64,000 nt of DNA from the NCBI GenBank assembly GCA_034431315.1, contig DAOUDK010000004.1:15975-79974 (forward strand), read 5' to 3'. This DNA is from Anaerolineae bacterium. Its GTDB lineage: Bacteria > Chloroflexota > Anaerolineae > VGOG01. The translations under genes and the position numbers were made by a program. Shown piece after piece: positions 53,984 to 64,000 of the stretch; the stretch's first letter is position 1; each line of letters begins with the position of its first letter. The notes under the pieces are model-generated. The model had not been told where the DNA came from. It was given only the letters and a program-made list of their open reading frames with translations, and ran no database searches.

Positions 53984-56686
53984 TCATAGATTTCCTAAAT
54001 CATCGTCAATCTCTTGAAGCTTTTCAGGAGTTAATACATCCGGCACAAATTGTGCCAACTGGTTCAGCGAAAACCCCATTGCCATGTCGATCTGGGGAAC
54101 CTGCAATATATCCCCAAGATGTTTTTCTAGGACGCCCTTTCCCGCCTGGTCGTCCAGAATCTCCCGCAACGTGCTGTCGGTACTCAGGGGCGTATCACCC
54201 CTCCCTCGCGCGGCCTCTGGGGGAGCTTTTAACGAGAAAGAGCCTCTAGCCCGGATGTCCCGCGAGGAACTGCCGATCAGGATCTCGAACTCCCCGGCTT
54301 CCGCGATCCATTGCTTTCGACCTGGATCGTAGAATGACAGAGCGTCCTTATCGAGAGTGAAATGAACCGTTTTCGTTTCTCCTGGTCTGAGAGCGACCTT
54401 TTTGAAGGCCTTCAACTCTTTTCCGGGCCTGACCAGGCTAGATTCAACGTCACGGACATAAAGCTGCACCACTTCTTTGCCTTCTCTGTCTCCAATGTTC
54501 TTGACGTCAACTGCAATCTCTATACTGTCTTCTGCTTCATACTCTGTCGAGCCGATCTCAAGATCACTGTATTCAAAACTGGTGTACGAAAGCCCATGAC
54601 CAAAGGGAAACAGGGGTTCGATTTTCTTCTTGTCATAGTAACGATACCCGACGAAGATACCCTCACCGTAGAGAACCTGGCCGTTTTCGCCGGGGTAGTT
54701 TATGTACGCCGGGGTATCCTCAAGTCGCTTCGGAAACGTCGTGGGGAGTTTTCCTGAGGGATTGACATCTCCGAGCAGAACATCGGCGATGGCATTGCCA
54801 CATTCCTGGCCTGGGAACCAGGCTTCAACGACGCTGGGAACCTGATCAATCCATTGGCCCATCGTTACTGGGGAACCGGTATTCAGGACAACGATGGTGT
54901 TCTTGTTTGCTGCAGCCACTTTCTTGACCAGTTCGACCTGATCTCCCGGCAGTTCCATATCTGCTCTATCGTAGCCCTCGCTCTCCCATTCATCGCTTGT
55001 GCCCACAAAAACCAAGGCCACGTCCGATTCAGCCGCAAGCTCAGCAGCACGTTCTATGGAATCAGCGGAAACGGGGGGCAAGCATCCCAGTCTAATCGCG
55101 GCAAAAAACCGGGCATCCTTTTTACTATACTCTATTCTGATGCCATGGGACTGGCCGGCGGTCATGTCAACTCGGGCAACCATTTCTTTGCTTCCCGCAC
55201 CATAATAGGCTTCCCCGCGGATTTGCTCTGTCCAGTTATCAATGACTAGCTCGCCATCAATGTAAAGGCGGCTGAGGCCGACACTGATCAAACTGAAGGT
55301 ATGCGTACCCGTTTCAGGTGCAACGAATTTCCCCGTCCATCTGGCAGAGAATTCATCTTTGTCCACCAGAGAAGAGAACTCGCCAGACCAGATGATGTCA
55401 AGTTTTTGACACACCTCTGTAAGAACGGGTTCTCCGATAATATCCGGGTTGTTGAAATACTCTGCGGTAAGACCGTGACCCTCTTGGTTTCCAGAGGGGA
55501 TCAGCCACTCTTCGCCGAGAACCGGGATCCTCTTGTGGTTTGTGCAGCCCTGCTGGTAAGACACTTTGATAGAATCGCCACATCTCCTGCTGATGCCCTC
55601 CCAGGGAGTTACAGCGTAATGAGGATTTACCTGCGAGCTCCCTCCGCCCATGATCCTGGCCGCCTTTGCGTTTGGCCCGATGACGGCCAGAGACTTTATC
55701 CTCTGTTCGTCCAGGGGTAATACATTGCGCTCGTTTTTCAATAGCACTATGCCTTCGGCGGCAGTCTCACGAGCCAACCTGCGATGTTCGGGCTTGTCAA
55801 TCGCTTTTTCCGGAGCTTCTTCAGGGTTTTCAAACGCGCCCGATTTGATGATGGTTCTGAGGATACGCCGGACTTTGTCGTCAATCACTTGCTCGCTGAC
55901 GTGGCCTTCGTTCACGGCTTTGAGCAGCTCGTCTCCCATGACTCGGGCTGGCCCAGGCATTTCCAGGTCAAGTCCGCCATTGGCAGTGAGAACCGTGTCC
56001 CTAGTGCCCCCCCAATCGGAAACAACAAACCCCTTGAAACCCCACTCTTCCTTCAGTATATCCGTCAGGGTATACTTGTTCTCGCTGGCGAAAGTCCCAT
56101 TCACTTTGTTGTAGGACGCCATGACTGTCCAGGGCTCTGCTTCCTTGACAGCCACCCTGAATGGAGACAGGTATATCTCTCGAAGTGCTCTCTCGCCTAC
56201 TTCTGAGCTGATTGACATGCGCTCAAATTCCGAATCGTTGCAGACATAGTGTTTGATGCATGCCCCCACGTTTTGACTCTGAACGCCGTTTATGAACGCG
56301 ATGGCAATTCCTGAAGTCAGGTGTGGGTCCTCGGAATAACATTCGAAGTTTCTGCCTGCCAAAGGAGAGCGATGAATGTTTACCGTTGGCCCCAAGAGGA
56401 TATGCGCGTTCTTTGCCTTGGTCTCTTCTCCCAGGGCCACGCCCACGCGACCTATCAGCTCGGTATTCCAGGTGGACGCCATCGCTGTGCCTACAGGAAA
56501 ACATGCTGAGGATGGGCCACCCTTGGCAATGGTTCCTCTAGCTCCATGAGGGCCATCGGTCATCTTGATAGCCGGGATACCAAGACGCTCAACGCTTTGG
56601 GTATGCCAGGCGTCCGAACCGGCCAGCATGGACACTTTCTCCTCAAGTGTCATCTGCTCCAGAAGTTCTTTAATTCGCTTTTCCAT
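53984..56686 (-). CDS. GH3 beta-glucosidase with PA14 and Fn3-like domains
   Basis: TDGPHG, RNFECYSEDP, CIKHY, nucleophile in VVSDWGG, WESEGYDR, FPFGHGLSYT. Confidence 0.95.
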   Translation of the reverse strand: MEKRIKELLEQMTLEEKVSMLAGSDAWHTQSVERLGIPAIKMTDGPHGARGTIAKGGPSSACFPVGTAMASTWNTELIGRVGVALGEETKAKNAHILLGPTVNIHRSPLAGRNFECYSEDPHLTSGIAIAFINGVQSQNVGACIKHYVCNDSEFERMSISSEVGERALREIYLSPFRVAVKEAEPWTVMASYNKVNGTFASENKYTLTDILKEEWGFKGFVVSDWGGTRDTVLTANGGLDLEMPGPARVMGDELLKAVNEGHVSEQVIDDKVRRILRTIIKSGAFENPEEAPEKAIDKPEHRRLARETAAEGIVLLKNERNVLPLDEQRIKSLAVIGPNAKAARIMGGGSSQVNPHYAVTPWEGISRRCGDSIKVSYQQGCTNHKRIPVLGEEWLIPSGNQEGHGLTAEYFNNPDIIGEPVLTEVCQKLDIIWSGEFSSLVDKDEFSARWTGKFVAPETGTHTFSLISVGLSRLYIDGELVIDNWTEQIRGEAYYGAGSKEMVARVDMTAGQSHGIRIEYSKKDARFFAAIRLGCLPPVSADSIERAAELAAESDVALVFVGTSDEWESEGYDRADMELPGDQVELVKKVAAANKNTIVVLNTGSPVTMGQWIDQVPSVVEAWFPGQECGNAIADVLLGDVNPSGKLPTTFPKRLEDTPAYINYPGENGQVLYGEGIFVGYRYYDKKKIEPLFPFGHGLSYTSFEYSDLEIGSTEYEAEDSIEIAVDVKNIGDREGKEVVQLYVRDVESSLVRPGKELKAFKKVALRPGETKTVHFTLDKDALSFYDPGRKQWIAEAGEFEILIGSSSRDIRARGSFSLKAPPEAARGRGDTPLSTDSTLREILDDQAGKGVLEKHLGDILQVPQIDMAMGFSLNQLAQFVPDVLTPEKLQEIDDDLGNL

Positions 56687-56728
56687 GGTATTCTCCTTTT
56701 CTATGTTATTGATCTCCCTTAACCTTTG

Positions 56729-59269
56729 CTAGAGACAGCCCACTGCTATATCGTTCTCTTCCAGCCGTCGGCCTGCCTCGTTCCAGACCTCTATGACCCG
56801 CTCCTGGCCGGGAAAGAGGTCGAAGTAATTGTCGCTGAACCTGGCGCCCTCTATGGGCGCGACCAGCTTGACGAAGTAGGCGTAGACATCGGTGGCTACC
56901 CTGACCTCGTATTTCCCATCGCTCCCTGCGGCGATTTCCACTTTCAAGTCAGGCTTTGGCCTCACCAGGTGCTTGACCTCCACGAAGAAGTGACGGTTGC
57001 TATAAAACCTGCCGCTTTGGGAACACACGGCCAGATACTCCTGCCGTGGATCTTCGATGCCTAGCTCATCGAAGGAGAGATGCCAGGCTTTCACAGAGGC
57101 ATTGGCCGGCGCCCGAACCTCCAGCATCTCCTCGTACAGCTTGCGGCCAGAGAAGTCGCCGTGGAAGACGGTCACTGTGTCGCTGAACTCCTCCAGCGTG
57201 TCGTTGGTGATCCATAGCGAGACGCCGTCCGCCTCCTCTTCCTCTTCTTTGAAGGAGGCCAAAATGGGCGCGTAGGCCCTCTTGACGTAGAAGTAGCCAG
57301 CCTTGGGAAAGAGGTAGTAATCCAGCACGCTCCAACTGAGGCCCGGCCAGCAGTCATTCAACTGCCAGAAGAGGGTCCCGCTGCAGTGAAACTTCCGCCG
57401 CCGATAGTGCTCGATACCGAACTTCAGCCCCTCGGCCTGAGCAATCATGGAGAAGTCCACGTATTGCTCCAGGGTTGTCGGCAGGCCGATGCACGAGGCC
57501 ATCAGGCAATTGCCCTTGTCTTTGGGATTGTCCTTGTTGCGATAGAGAAGCTCCGGGCTGCCCAGACGCAGACCCGGGGCAGGGATGTTGCGCCGTAACG
57601 TCTCCAGCACCGGCGCGGCGTGCATGCCGAACTCGCTCACGAAGCGGGCCATGTCCTCGGCATAGTGCCGGAAGGATACGCCCTCCGGGGTGAAGCGGCG
57701 CTCCGAAGGCTGGCCGAAGCGCCGGGGAAAGACCAGGCCATGCCACACCTGCCAGTTGTGTCGGTTCCCCTCCCGTTCATCGTTGTGGTCGTTTCCCCCG
57801 TAGGGGCTGGAGGGCCAGTAGAGGCGGGTGCCATCCAGGCGCTCGACGATGGGTGGCAGCAATTCGTGATTGATGCACCAGCCCGGGAACCGGTAGCCGG
57901 GCTGTTGCCAATGGACTTGATCGGCGATCCAGTCGTTCTCGTTGTTGCCACACCAGAGGGCGATACAGGGGTGATTGCGCAATCGGCGCAAGACCGAGAC
58001 CGCCTCCCGCTCCACCTCGGCCATGAAATCGGGGTCGTGATCCGGATAGGGAGCACAGGCGAACATGAAGTCTTGCCAGACGAGAATGCCCAGCTCGTCG
58101 CAGAGCCGGTAGAAGGCATCCTTCTCGTAGATGCCGCCGCCCCACACCCGCAGCATGTTCATGTTGGCCGCCACAGCCAGTTCCAGAAGCTCCCGGTATC
58201 GGCCCTCATCCACCTGACCAACGAAGGAATCGGCCGGGATCCAATCGGCGCCTTTGGCGAAAATCTTGACCCCGTTCAGCACAAAAGTGAAGAACTTCGT
58301 CCCTGGCTCCTCAGGGTCAGGCGATTGATCCACTGTGATCGTGCGGATGCCGACCCGCTCCTGGTAGGTATCCAGAAGCTCGCCTCCGGCCCGCAGCTCC
58401 ACGGTCAGGTCGTACAGCGCCGGTTCGCCCAGGTCGTGCGTCCACCACAGCGTCGGCTCCGGCGCCTCCAGTTCAATCTCGCCCCGCTCCGTCGCCAGTG
58501 GCGCTATGCCGACGACAGACTGGCCATCTCGCTCCAGGTGGACGTGAGCGACCAGGTCTGGCAACTCGTTCCATCGCTCCGCTTCGATCTGAACGGCGAC
58601 CCGGGCAGCCTGCGGGGTGATCTCTAGCGTCTTGAAGAAGACGCTGGTCAGGCGCGCGCCCCTGTGTTGGCGCATGGCTACTCCCTGCCAGATGCCCGCA
58701 CTGATCAACGAGGGACCCCAGTCCCAACCAAAGTTGCATTGCGCCTTGCGCACCCAAACACGAACGGGGTTGCCGAGCATCCACTCGTCGTCAATCCACG
58801 GGCGGTCGCCAACCGTCGCTGCGACGGGATCGAAACGCACGGCCACGGTGTTCCGCCCACCCCGGCGCAGATGCTCCGTCACGTCAAAAGCGGCGGCGGT
58901 GAACATGTTCTGGTGACTGCCGATCTCGACCCCGTTCAGGTAGACGGTGGCGAAGGTGTCCAGGCCATCGAAGGCCAGCAGGTACCGTGCCCCGGCGTCG
59001 TCTTTGGCCCAGGGCGCTTCGAACGTCGTGCGATACCACCATTCCTGGTGTTCCACCCATTGGCAGGCTTCCACGTTCATGTTGTAGAAGGGCGGCGACA
59101 AGCGCTTGGCCTCCACCAATGCTGTATGCACGTCTCCAGGCACGGAAGCCGGGCACCAGCTTGTATCATCATGGTCAGGCAGGTGTGCGCCTGCTGCTTG
59201 CCCCTGCCCCGGCAGGAAGTCCCTCAACTTCCATGTTCCATTCAGATTCAAGGTGATGGGTTCAGACAT
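56729..59269 (-). CDS. GH2 beta-mannosidase
   Basis: KGADWIP, NMLRVWGGG, LWCGNNE, FVSEFG, WQLNDCWP. Confidence 0.92.
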   Translation of the reverse strand: MSEPITLNLNGTWKLRDFLPGQGQAAGAHLPDHDDTSWCPASVPGDVHTALVEAKRLSPPFYNMNVEACQWVEHQEWWYRTTFEAPWAKDDAGARYLLAFDGLDTFATVYLNGVEIGSHQNMFTAAAFDVTEHLRRGGRNTVAVRFDPVAATVGDRPWIDDEWMLGNPVRVWVRKAQCNFGWDWGPSLISAGIWQGVAMRQHRGARLTSVFFKTLEITPQAARVAVQIEAERWNELPDLVAHVHLERDGQSVVGIAPLATERGEIELEAPEPTLWWTHDLGEPALYDLTVELRAGGELLDTYQERVGIRTITVDQSPDPEEPGTKFFTFVLNGVKIFAKGADWIPADSFVGQVDEGRYRELLELAVAANMNMLRVWGGGIYEKDAFYRLCDELGILVWQDFMFACAPYPDHDPDFMAEVEREAVSVLRRLRNHPCIALWCGNNENDWIADQVHWQQPGYRFPGWCINHELLPPIVERLDGTRLYWPSSPYGGNDHNDEREGNRHNWQVWHGLVFPRRFGQPSERRFTPEGVSFRHYAEDMARFVSEFGMHAAPVLETLRRNIPAPGLRLGSPELLYRNKDNPKDKGNCLMASCIGLPTTLEQYVDFSMIAQAEGLKFGIEHYRRRKFHCSGTLFWQLNDCWPGLSWSVLDYYLFPKAGYFYVKRAYAPILASFKEEEEEADGVSLWITNDTLEEFSDTVTVFHGDFSGRKLYEEMLEVRAPANASVKAWHLSFDELGIEDPRQEYLAVCSQSGRFYSNRHFFVEVKHLVRPKPDLKVEIAAGSDGKYEVRVATDVYAYFVKLVAPIEGARFSDNYFDLFPGQERVIEVWNEAGRRLEENDIAVGCL

Positions 59270-59340
59270 GGTTTGCCTCTCGTTTCATCATGCTTTTGCC
59301 CTCAGGGGTTATCTCATAGCGCCACTTGGCTCGCCCCCCT

Positions 59341-59415
59341 CTGTCAACGAATACCAAACGAATAAACGAATGAGGTCTGCCGTCAAAGCTTATTCGTTGC
59401 TTCATTCGTTGACAG
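59341..59415. repeat. Palindromic element of the AACGAAT family
   Basis: CTGTCAACGAAT / ATTCGTTGACAG termini with internal AACGAAT units. Confidence 0.8.
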
Positions 59416-59429
59416 GATGAATCTGCATC

Positions 59430-60446
59430 TCACGAGGGTTGCTCCAGCCTAAGCTCGTCCGGCAGGCTGGCCCGTACCTTGGTGTAGACAGCCTCGTTGA
59501 CCTCCACTCCCAGACTCTCCAGGGCCAGAAAAACCGCCCCTACAACCGGCTCGAACTCCGGGAGTACAATGGTGGCCCTGGGAGCTATCCTGTGCACCAC
59601 CTGAGTAATCGTGTCAACCAGCAGCGGACCTCTGCCCTTGAACACGCTGCCCCCAAGCACCACCTCCACGTCGGTGGTTTCCAGTCCTAGCCGCTTGATG
59701 ATCGCGTTGGCCGTCGTTCCCACCTCGGTCCCTACCCGCACCACAAGCTCCTGGGCCACCTGGTCTCCTTCATAGGCCGCCTCGAAGAGGAGAGGCGCCA
59801 GGGCCAGGAGGCGGCGTTGGTCGAACTGGCCGGGATAGTAGTCGAATTGGCTCTGGTAGAGCTGGGCGATCAACTCCTCTACCGAAGGGAGCCTCAGGGC
59901 AGTGAGAACCATCTCCGTCAGCGCGGTGGGCTGGCCCCGCCCGTCCCAGGCGCGGCAGACGAGACGGATCATCTCCTGGGCGATGTCGCCGCCCCCGCCC
60001 CAATCGCCCGACAGCGCCCCCAGGCCCGGCAGTTGGATCTCCCGTCCGTCGGGCCCGATGCCGCCCGCATTGAAGCCAGCGCCGCTTATGACGGCCACGC
60101 CCCAACTGCGCTTGAGGCCGGCTCGCAGGGCGACCATGGTATCGTTCTTGATGCGTACCCGCCGGGCGATGCCCATTCCCTCGACGGCCGGGGTCAGGAG
60201 GGCGAAATCCACGGGCAGGTCAGCTCCGGCCAGGCCGAAGAAGCCGAAGTCCACAGGAGGAGACGCGCCAGCCTGAGCCAGAGCCTCCTCGGAGGATCGT
60301 CTGATCTCGGCCAGGGCCGGCTCCAGCCCGGCCGCCTGGTGGTTGCCCGGCCCACCCTGGCCAAACCCCAGAATATGCCCGTCTTCGTCGGCGACCAAAG
60401 CGAAGGTCTTAGTTGCGCCAGCGTCTACGCCCAGAACGAGACTCAT
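59430..60446 (-). CDS. BadF/BadG/BcrA/BcrD-type sugar kinase (GlcNAc-kinase-like)
   Basis: GVDAGATKT, GLAGAD, NDTMVA, SGAGFN, GDWGGG; ATGA overlap with the GH4 stop. Confidence 0.88.
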   Translation of the reverse strand: MSLVLGVDAGATKTFALVADEDGHILGFGQGGPGNHQAAGLEPALAEIRRSSEEALAQAGASPPVDFGFFGLAGADLPVDFALLTPAVEGMGIARRVRIKNDTMVALRAGLKRSWGVAVISGAGFNAGGIGPDGREIQLPGLGALSGDWGGGGDIAQEMIRLVCRAWDGRGQPTALTEMVLTALRLPSVEELIAQLYQSQFDYYPGQFDQRRLLALAPLLFEAAYEGDQVAQELVVRVGTEVGTTANAIIKRLGLETTDVEVVLGGSVFKGRGPLLVDTITQVVHRIAPRATIVLPEFEPVVGAVFLALESLGVEVNEAVYTKVRASLPDELRLEQPS

Positions 60447-61726
60447 GTCTTTCCCCCGAACTGCGATAGGTAAGCTCGGTTGGCCTCCTTGATGGCCGCC
60501 CAAAGCCCTTGGGCCACAGCAAAGGAGGGCACCAATGGATGAGCCAAGAGAGCTTGCAAGGCCGCTTGCTCGTCCCCCTCCACTCCGGCCAGCACCGTCA
60601 GTTCCTCGTATGCCTTGACGGCCTGGGTCAGCCCCCGTATCGCCGGGGGCATCGGGGCCACGGGGATCGCTCTGGCGCCGCTCCCATTGATCACTGAGGG
60701 GAGCTCCACAACGTATTCCGGAGGGAGATCGGGCAGGGCACCGTTATTGCGCGTGTTGACGATGTGTACTTCACCCTTGTCGTGATGGATAGCGCTGATG
60801 ACGGCCACGGCTACGGTGGAATAATGGGCACCGCCCCGCTTTTCCAGCAGCTTGGGTTTATGCCTGAGGTTGGGGTTAGCATAGAGCTCCAGCAGGCCGG
60901 CTTCGATCTCCTGGACGACCTCTCCCCGGGTTTGCCCCGCCCGGCGCTGCTCGGCCAGCACCTGATCGTGGTCATAGTAATAGGTCAGGTAGTCATTGGG
61001 GAGCATCCCCAGTGTTTCGAGAAGCTCTGGAGAAAAGGGGGACTCACCTGCCCTGGCCAGGCCAATGGCGTCCTCCAGCACCTGGTCGAAGACGTCCTCA
61101 CCGTCTAGCCTCACGCCGCGAATCCAGCTCAGGTGGTTCAATCCAACGTAGTCCAACTGGATACGCTCAGGGGCCACACCCAACTGCTGGGCGATGCCCC
61201 GCTGGAACCCAACGGGTGAGTTGCACAGGCCAACGGTAGGGATATCGGTGTATTTGAGCAGGGCCTCCGTGATGATGCCCGAAGGATTGGTGAAATTGAT
61301 GAGGTGGGCTCCTGGCGCCACCTCGGCCATGTCACGGGCGATGTCCAGCAGCACGGGAATGGTGCGCAGGGCCTTGGCAAAGCCGCCTGGGCCTGTGGTC
61401 TCCTGGCCCACCACCCCAAATTGAAGAGGGATCTTCTCGTCTTGAATCCGGCAGGCCAATCCCCCTACTCGAATCTGGGTAATGACGTAGTCGGCCCCTT
61501 CGAGTGCTTCTCGCCGCTGAGTCGTAAGCCTGAGTTCGATGTCGGCCTCAGTTGCCCGCAACATGCGCTCCGCCAGTCCGCCCACCACGCGCAATCTGTT
61601 TTCATCAATGTCCATCAGAGCGATGGTCGCCACGGGCAACTCATCCTCTCTCTCAATGAAACCCTCAATGAGCTCTGGGGTATAGGTGCTGCCTCCACCG
61701 ATGACACAGATCTTTAGTCCACTCAC
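60443..61726 (-). CDS. GH4 6-phospho-beta-glucosidase
   Basis: IGGGSTYTPE, GQETTGPGG, NFTNP, VGLCN, GLNH, RGGAHYS. Confidence 0.93.
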   Translation of the reverse strand: MSGLKICVIGGGSTYTPELIEGFIEREDELPVATIALMDIDENRLRVVGGLAERMLRATEADIELRLTTQRREALEGADYVITQIRVGGLACRIQDEKIPLQFGVVGQETTGPGGFAKALRTIPVLLDIARDMAEVAPGAHLINFTNPSGIITEALLKYTDIPTVGLCNSPVGFQRGIAQQLGVAPERIQLDYVGLNHLSWIRGVRLDGEDVFDQVLEDAIGLARAGESPFSPELLETLGMLPNDYLTYYYDHDQVLAEQRRAGQTRGEVVQEIEAGLLELYANPNLRHKPKLLEKRGGAHYSTVAVAVISAIHHDKGEVHIVNTRNNGALPDLPPEYVVELPSVINGSGARAIPVAPMPPAIRGLTQAVKAYEELTVLAGVEGDEQAALQALLAHPLVPSFAVAQGLWAAIKEANRAYLSQFGGKT

Positions 61727-61800
61727 TTCGCGCCTCCACTTGGCTCAGAGATGGCCACACTGCTGTCCTGTCCAGATGGTGAGAATATGAATCCTGCTGC

Positions 61801-61833
61801 GAAAAGGCGAGTGTGCAGAATACCACACTCGCC
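61801..61833 (-). terminator. Intrinsic terminator after GH130
   Basis: GGCGAGTGTG / CACACTCGCC stem followed by TTTT on the minus strand. Confidence 0.65.
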
Positions 61834-61932
61834 ACGACCACAATTATACCTATCTCCTTCAATCAATACAAGTAGCAACGCACCCACCTACAGATGCCCG
61901 GCATCGAGGCGACAGACCTTCGCATTGGTCCT

Positions 61933-62931
61933 TCAGAGAGAATTCTCTTTGATGAAATCAACTAGCTCATCGAATTTCGCAAATGCCAGACATGTGACCG
62001 TGTCAGCCCCACCGTAATAGATGGCGATCCGACCGGTGGCGGCATCGGTCAGGGCGGCGCAGGGGAAGGCCACGTTAGGTACGTCGCCAACCTGCTCGTA
62101 GATTTCCTTCGGATGCAGCAGATACGGCTCGGTACGGTAGAGCACCTTCCACGGCTGGTGGATATCCAGCAGCGCAGCGCCCATCGAGTAGACGAAGCCA
62201 TTACAGGAGGTCAGCACCCCGTGGTAAATCATCAGCCAGCCCTCGGTCGTTTCAATGGGGATGGGGCCGGCGCCAACCTTGGTGCTCTGCCAGCCGCCGG
62301 CGGGCCGCATGACCAGGCGGTGCTTGCCCCAATAGATCATGTCGGGGCTTTCGGAATAGTAGATCTCTCCAAACGGTGTGTGTCCACGATCGCTGGGGCG
62401 GCTGAGCAGGGCGAAATTGCCATTGATTCGGCGTGGGAACAGGACGCCGTTGCGGTTGAAGGGCAGGAAGGCGTTCTCCATCTGATAGAAAGTCTCGAAA
62501 TCGTAGGTGTAAGCTACCCCGATGGTCGGCCAGCCCGCGAAGCTGTTGCACCAGGTGACGTAGTAGCGATCCTCGATCCAACAGACGCGCGGGTCGTAAC
62601 CGTAGCCCCACTCCATCGGTTCGAAGCCTTCGGCGGGCTGGAACTGGATGCGTTCGTTGTCAATCTCCCAGTTCAGTCCATCCCTGCTGCGCCCGGCATG
62701 AATCTGCATGGCGCGGCGTTTGTCGTCACAGCGGAAGATGCCGCGGAACTCCCCTTGATACGGCACCACTGCCGAGTTGAAGATGCTGTTGGACGAGGGA
62801 ATCAGATCCCGCGGGATGATGGGATTCTTCGAGTAGCGCCAGACCACGCCGCTGCGCTCAGCGCACTCATGAGGGCGTTCTTCCCAAGGAATGTTGGGCA
62901 GTTCGGGACCAATGATCTTCGCCTTTGACAT
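61933..62931 (-). CDS. GH130 beta-mannoside phosphorylase (mannooligosaccharide-type)
   Basis: [42 protein letters not shown]. Confidence 0.92.
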   Translation of the reverse strand: MSKAKIIGPELPNIPWEERPHECAERSGVVWRYSKNPIIPRDLIPSSNSIFNSAVVPYQGEFRGIFRCDDKRRAMQIHAGRSRDGLNWEIDNERIQFQPAEGFEPMEWGYGYDPRVCWIEDRYYVTWCNSFAGWPTIGVAYTYDFETFYQMENAFLPFNRNGVLFPRRINGNFALLSRPSDRGHTPFGEIYYSESPDMIYWGKHRLVMRPAGGWQSTKVGAGPIPIETTEGWLMIYHGVLTSCNGFVYSMGAALLDIHQPWKVLYRTEPYLLHPKEIYEQVGDVPNVAFPCAALTDAATGRIAIYYGGADTVTCLAFAKFDELVDFIKENSL

Positions 62932-62985
62932 TCGTTGCTCCCCCTCCGCATAGCGACCACATGCCACGAAATGTCGGTCATAGGA

Positions 62986-63798
62986 TCACACAGTTGAAAG
63001 ATCCCACTCTTCGTAAATTTTTGGTACATCACTGATCAGGCGTTGGGTGTAGGCCTCTTTCGGATGCAGAATCACCTCATCGGCAGATCCACTTTCGACA
63101 AATTTTCCACGCTCCATAATGTATACGCTGTCAGAGACATAATACGCCAGGCCGATATCATGGGTGATGAAAATAACCGTCATCCCGATTTCTTTACGTA
63201 ATTGCATCAGCATTTCCAAGATGGTCGCGCGTGAACAGGCATCGATCATCGAGGTTGGCTCATCAGCCAGCAAGATCTTTGGGTTCAGGAGGAAGATACG
63301 GGCAATCATTAAACGTTGCATCTGTCCGCCGGAAAGCTCAAATGGATACTTGTTGGTCAATTCCTCGAACTTCAAGTTGACAAAGCCGCACGCCTCTGCC
63401 ATCAACTCTACTTTTTTCTCATACGGAAGTTTTCGACCGCCGCGCATGTTAATACAATCTAAAAGCACGGCATCAATCTTTCGGAATATATTGTATGAAG
63501 AGTACGGATCCTGAAAGATCGCCTGGACACTTTTCCAGTATTCCTTTTTCTTCTTATGAGTACGGATATCGCGCTTTTTTCCCTGGAAGTAGATATCCCC
63601 CTCAGTAATACTGATCAATCCCAAAAGCATCTTCGCCAAAGTGGTCTTTCCGCTGCCCGATTCGCCCACGATCGAGACGAGTTCGCCCTCGTAGAAATTG
63701 AAATCCACATGATCGACGGCGACCGTTTTCTGGCGGCCAAACCCGAATACCTTGGTAAGTCCTGACCCGCTCAGGCATATTTTTCTTTCATCAGGCAT
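62986..63798 (-). CDS. Opp-family ABC ATPase (OppF-like), probably for oligosaccharide uptake
   Basis: [26 protein letters not shown]; AT-richer than the window average. Confidence 0.9.
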   Translation of the reverse strand: MPDERKICLSGSGLTKVFGFGRQKTVAVDHVDFNFYEGELVSIVGESGSGKTTLAKMLLGLISITEGDIYFQGKKRDIRTHKKKKEYWKSVQAIFQDPYSSYNIFRKIDAVLLDCINMRGGRKLPYEKKVELMAEACGFVNLKFEELTNKYPFELSGGQMQRLMIARIFLLNPKILLADEPTSMIDACSRATILEMLMQLRKEIGMTVIFITHDIGLAYYVSDSVYIMERGKFVESGSADEVILHPKEAYTQRLISDVPKIYEEWDLSTV

Positions 63799-64000
63799 CT
63801 TTTTTGGCCTCCCTCAGATAAGCATCCCTCAGTTCTTTTTCCGATAGGATGCAGCGGTAAGCGCGGCCGTAACCCGCATCGCGAAGAGGGACAGAAGCGG
63901 CCTTGCATTTTGGCCAAGCGAATTTGCAGCGTTCGGCAAACTGGCATCCAGCAGGTGGTTTTTTCAGGTTCGGCGGCACCCCAGGAATGGCAGTCAGTTT
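63791..64000 (-). CDS. Opp-family ABC ATPase (OppD-like), C-terminal part only
   Basis: [27 protein letters not shown]; the gene starts beyond the window end. Confidence 0.85.
   Translation of the reverse strand, partial: KLTAIPGVPPNLKKPPAGCQFAERCKFAWPKCKAASVPLRDAGYGRAYRCILSEKELRDAYLREAKKDA

Noticed and set aside
1-64000. rRNA, tRNA, CRISPR array, prophage, IS transposase, reverse transcriptase/DGR
   Set aside because: No supporting sequence or protein motif was seen by eye; very short or atypical RNAs could have been missed without tRNAscan/Infernal.

Overview
A GC-rich bacterial chromosomal window, most likely from a Chloroflexota (Anaerolineae-like) genome. That assignment is an inference from VIKEV-repeat solute-binding lipoproteins, C-terminal Y-x-P-L-V/L motifs and PAS/GAF signalling proteins. 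From left to right it holds: a partial signal peptidase I; a DUF433/DUF5615 toxin-antitoxin pair; an SPFH protein; a tandem-domain GxxExxY nuclease-like gene bracketed by 34-bp inverted repeats; a transaldolase with a Cys-rich insertion; an ABC exporter; a c-di-GMP cyclase/phosphodiesterase pair; and a cluster of acylphosphatase, a U32-like protein, two DapA-family aldolases each fused to a formaldehyde-activating-enzyme (Fae)-like domain, and a Cys-rich DUF6485 protein. These are followed by an M28 peptidase, a broken TA-like pair, a nitroreductase, TrpB2, two tandem MNT-HEPN modules, an AAA+/vWA chelatase-like protein, a long run of Opp/Dpp transporter genes (including an OppC fused to a catalytically degenerate M28 domain), an ECF sigma factor with a putative anti-sigma, two NUDIX genes, a LysM lipoprotein, and a beta-mannan/beta-glucoside locus (GH3, GH2, kinase, GH4, GH130, Opp-type ATPases). 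I found no rRNA, tRNA or CRISPR array. Many intergenic spaces carry palindromic or heptamer repeats, and several repeats sit in frame inside protein linkers. The best candidates for undescribed systems are (1) the paired DapA-Fae fusions, (2) the GxxExxY cassette with its empty inverted-repeat relatives, and (3) the OppC-pseudo-M28 transporter that lacks a binding protein. Start codons were re-chosen by eye where the ORF track over-extends. No database searches were run.
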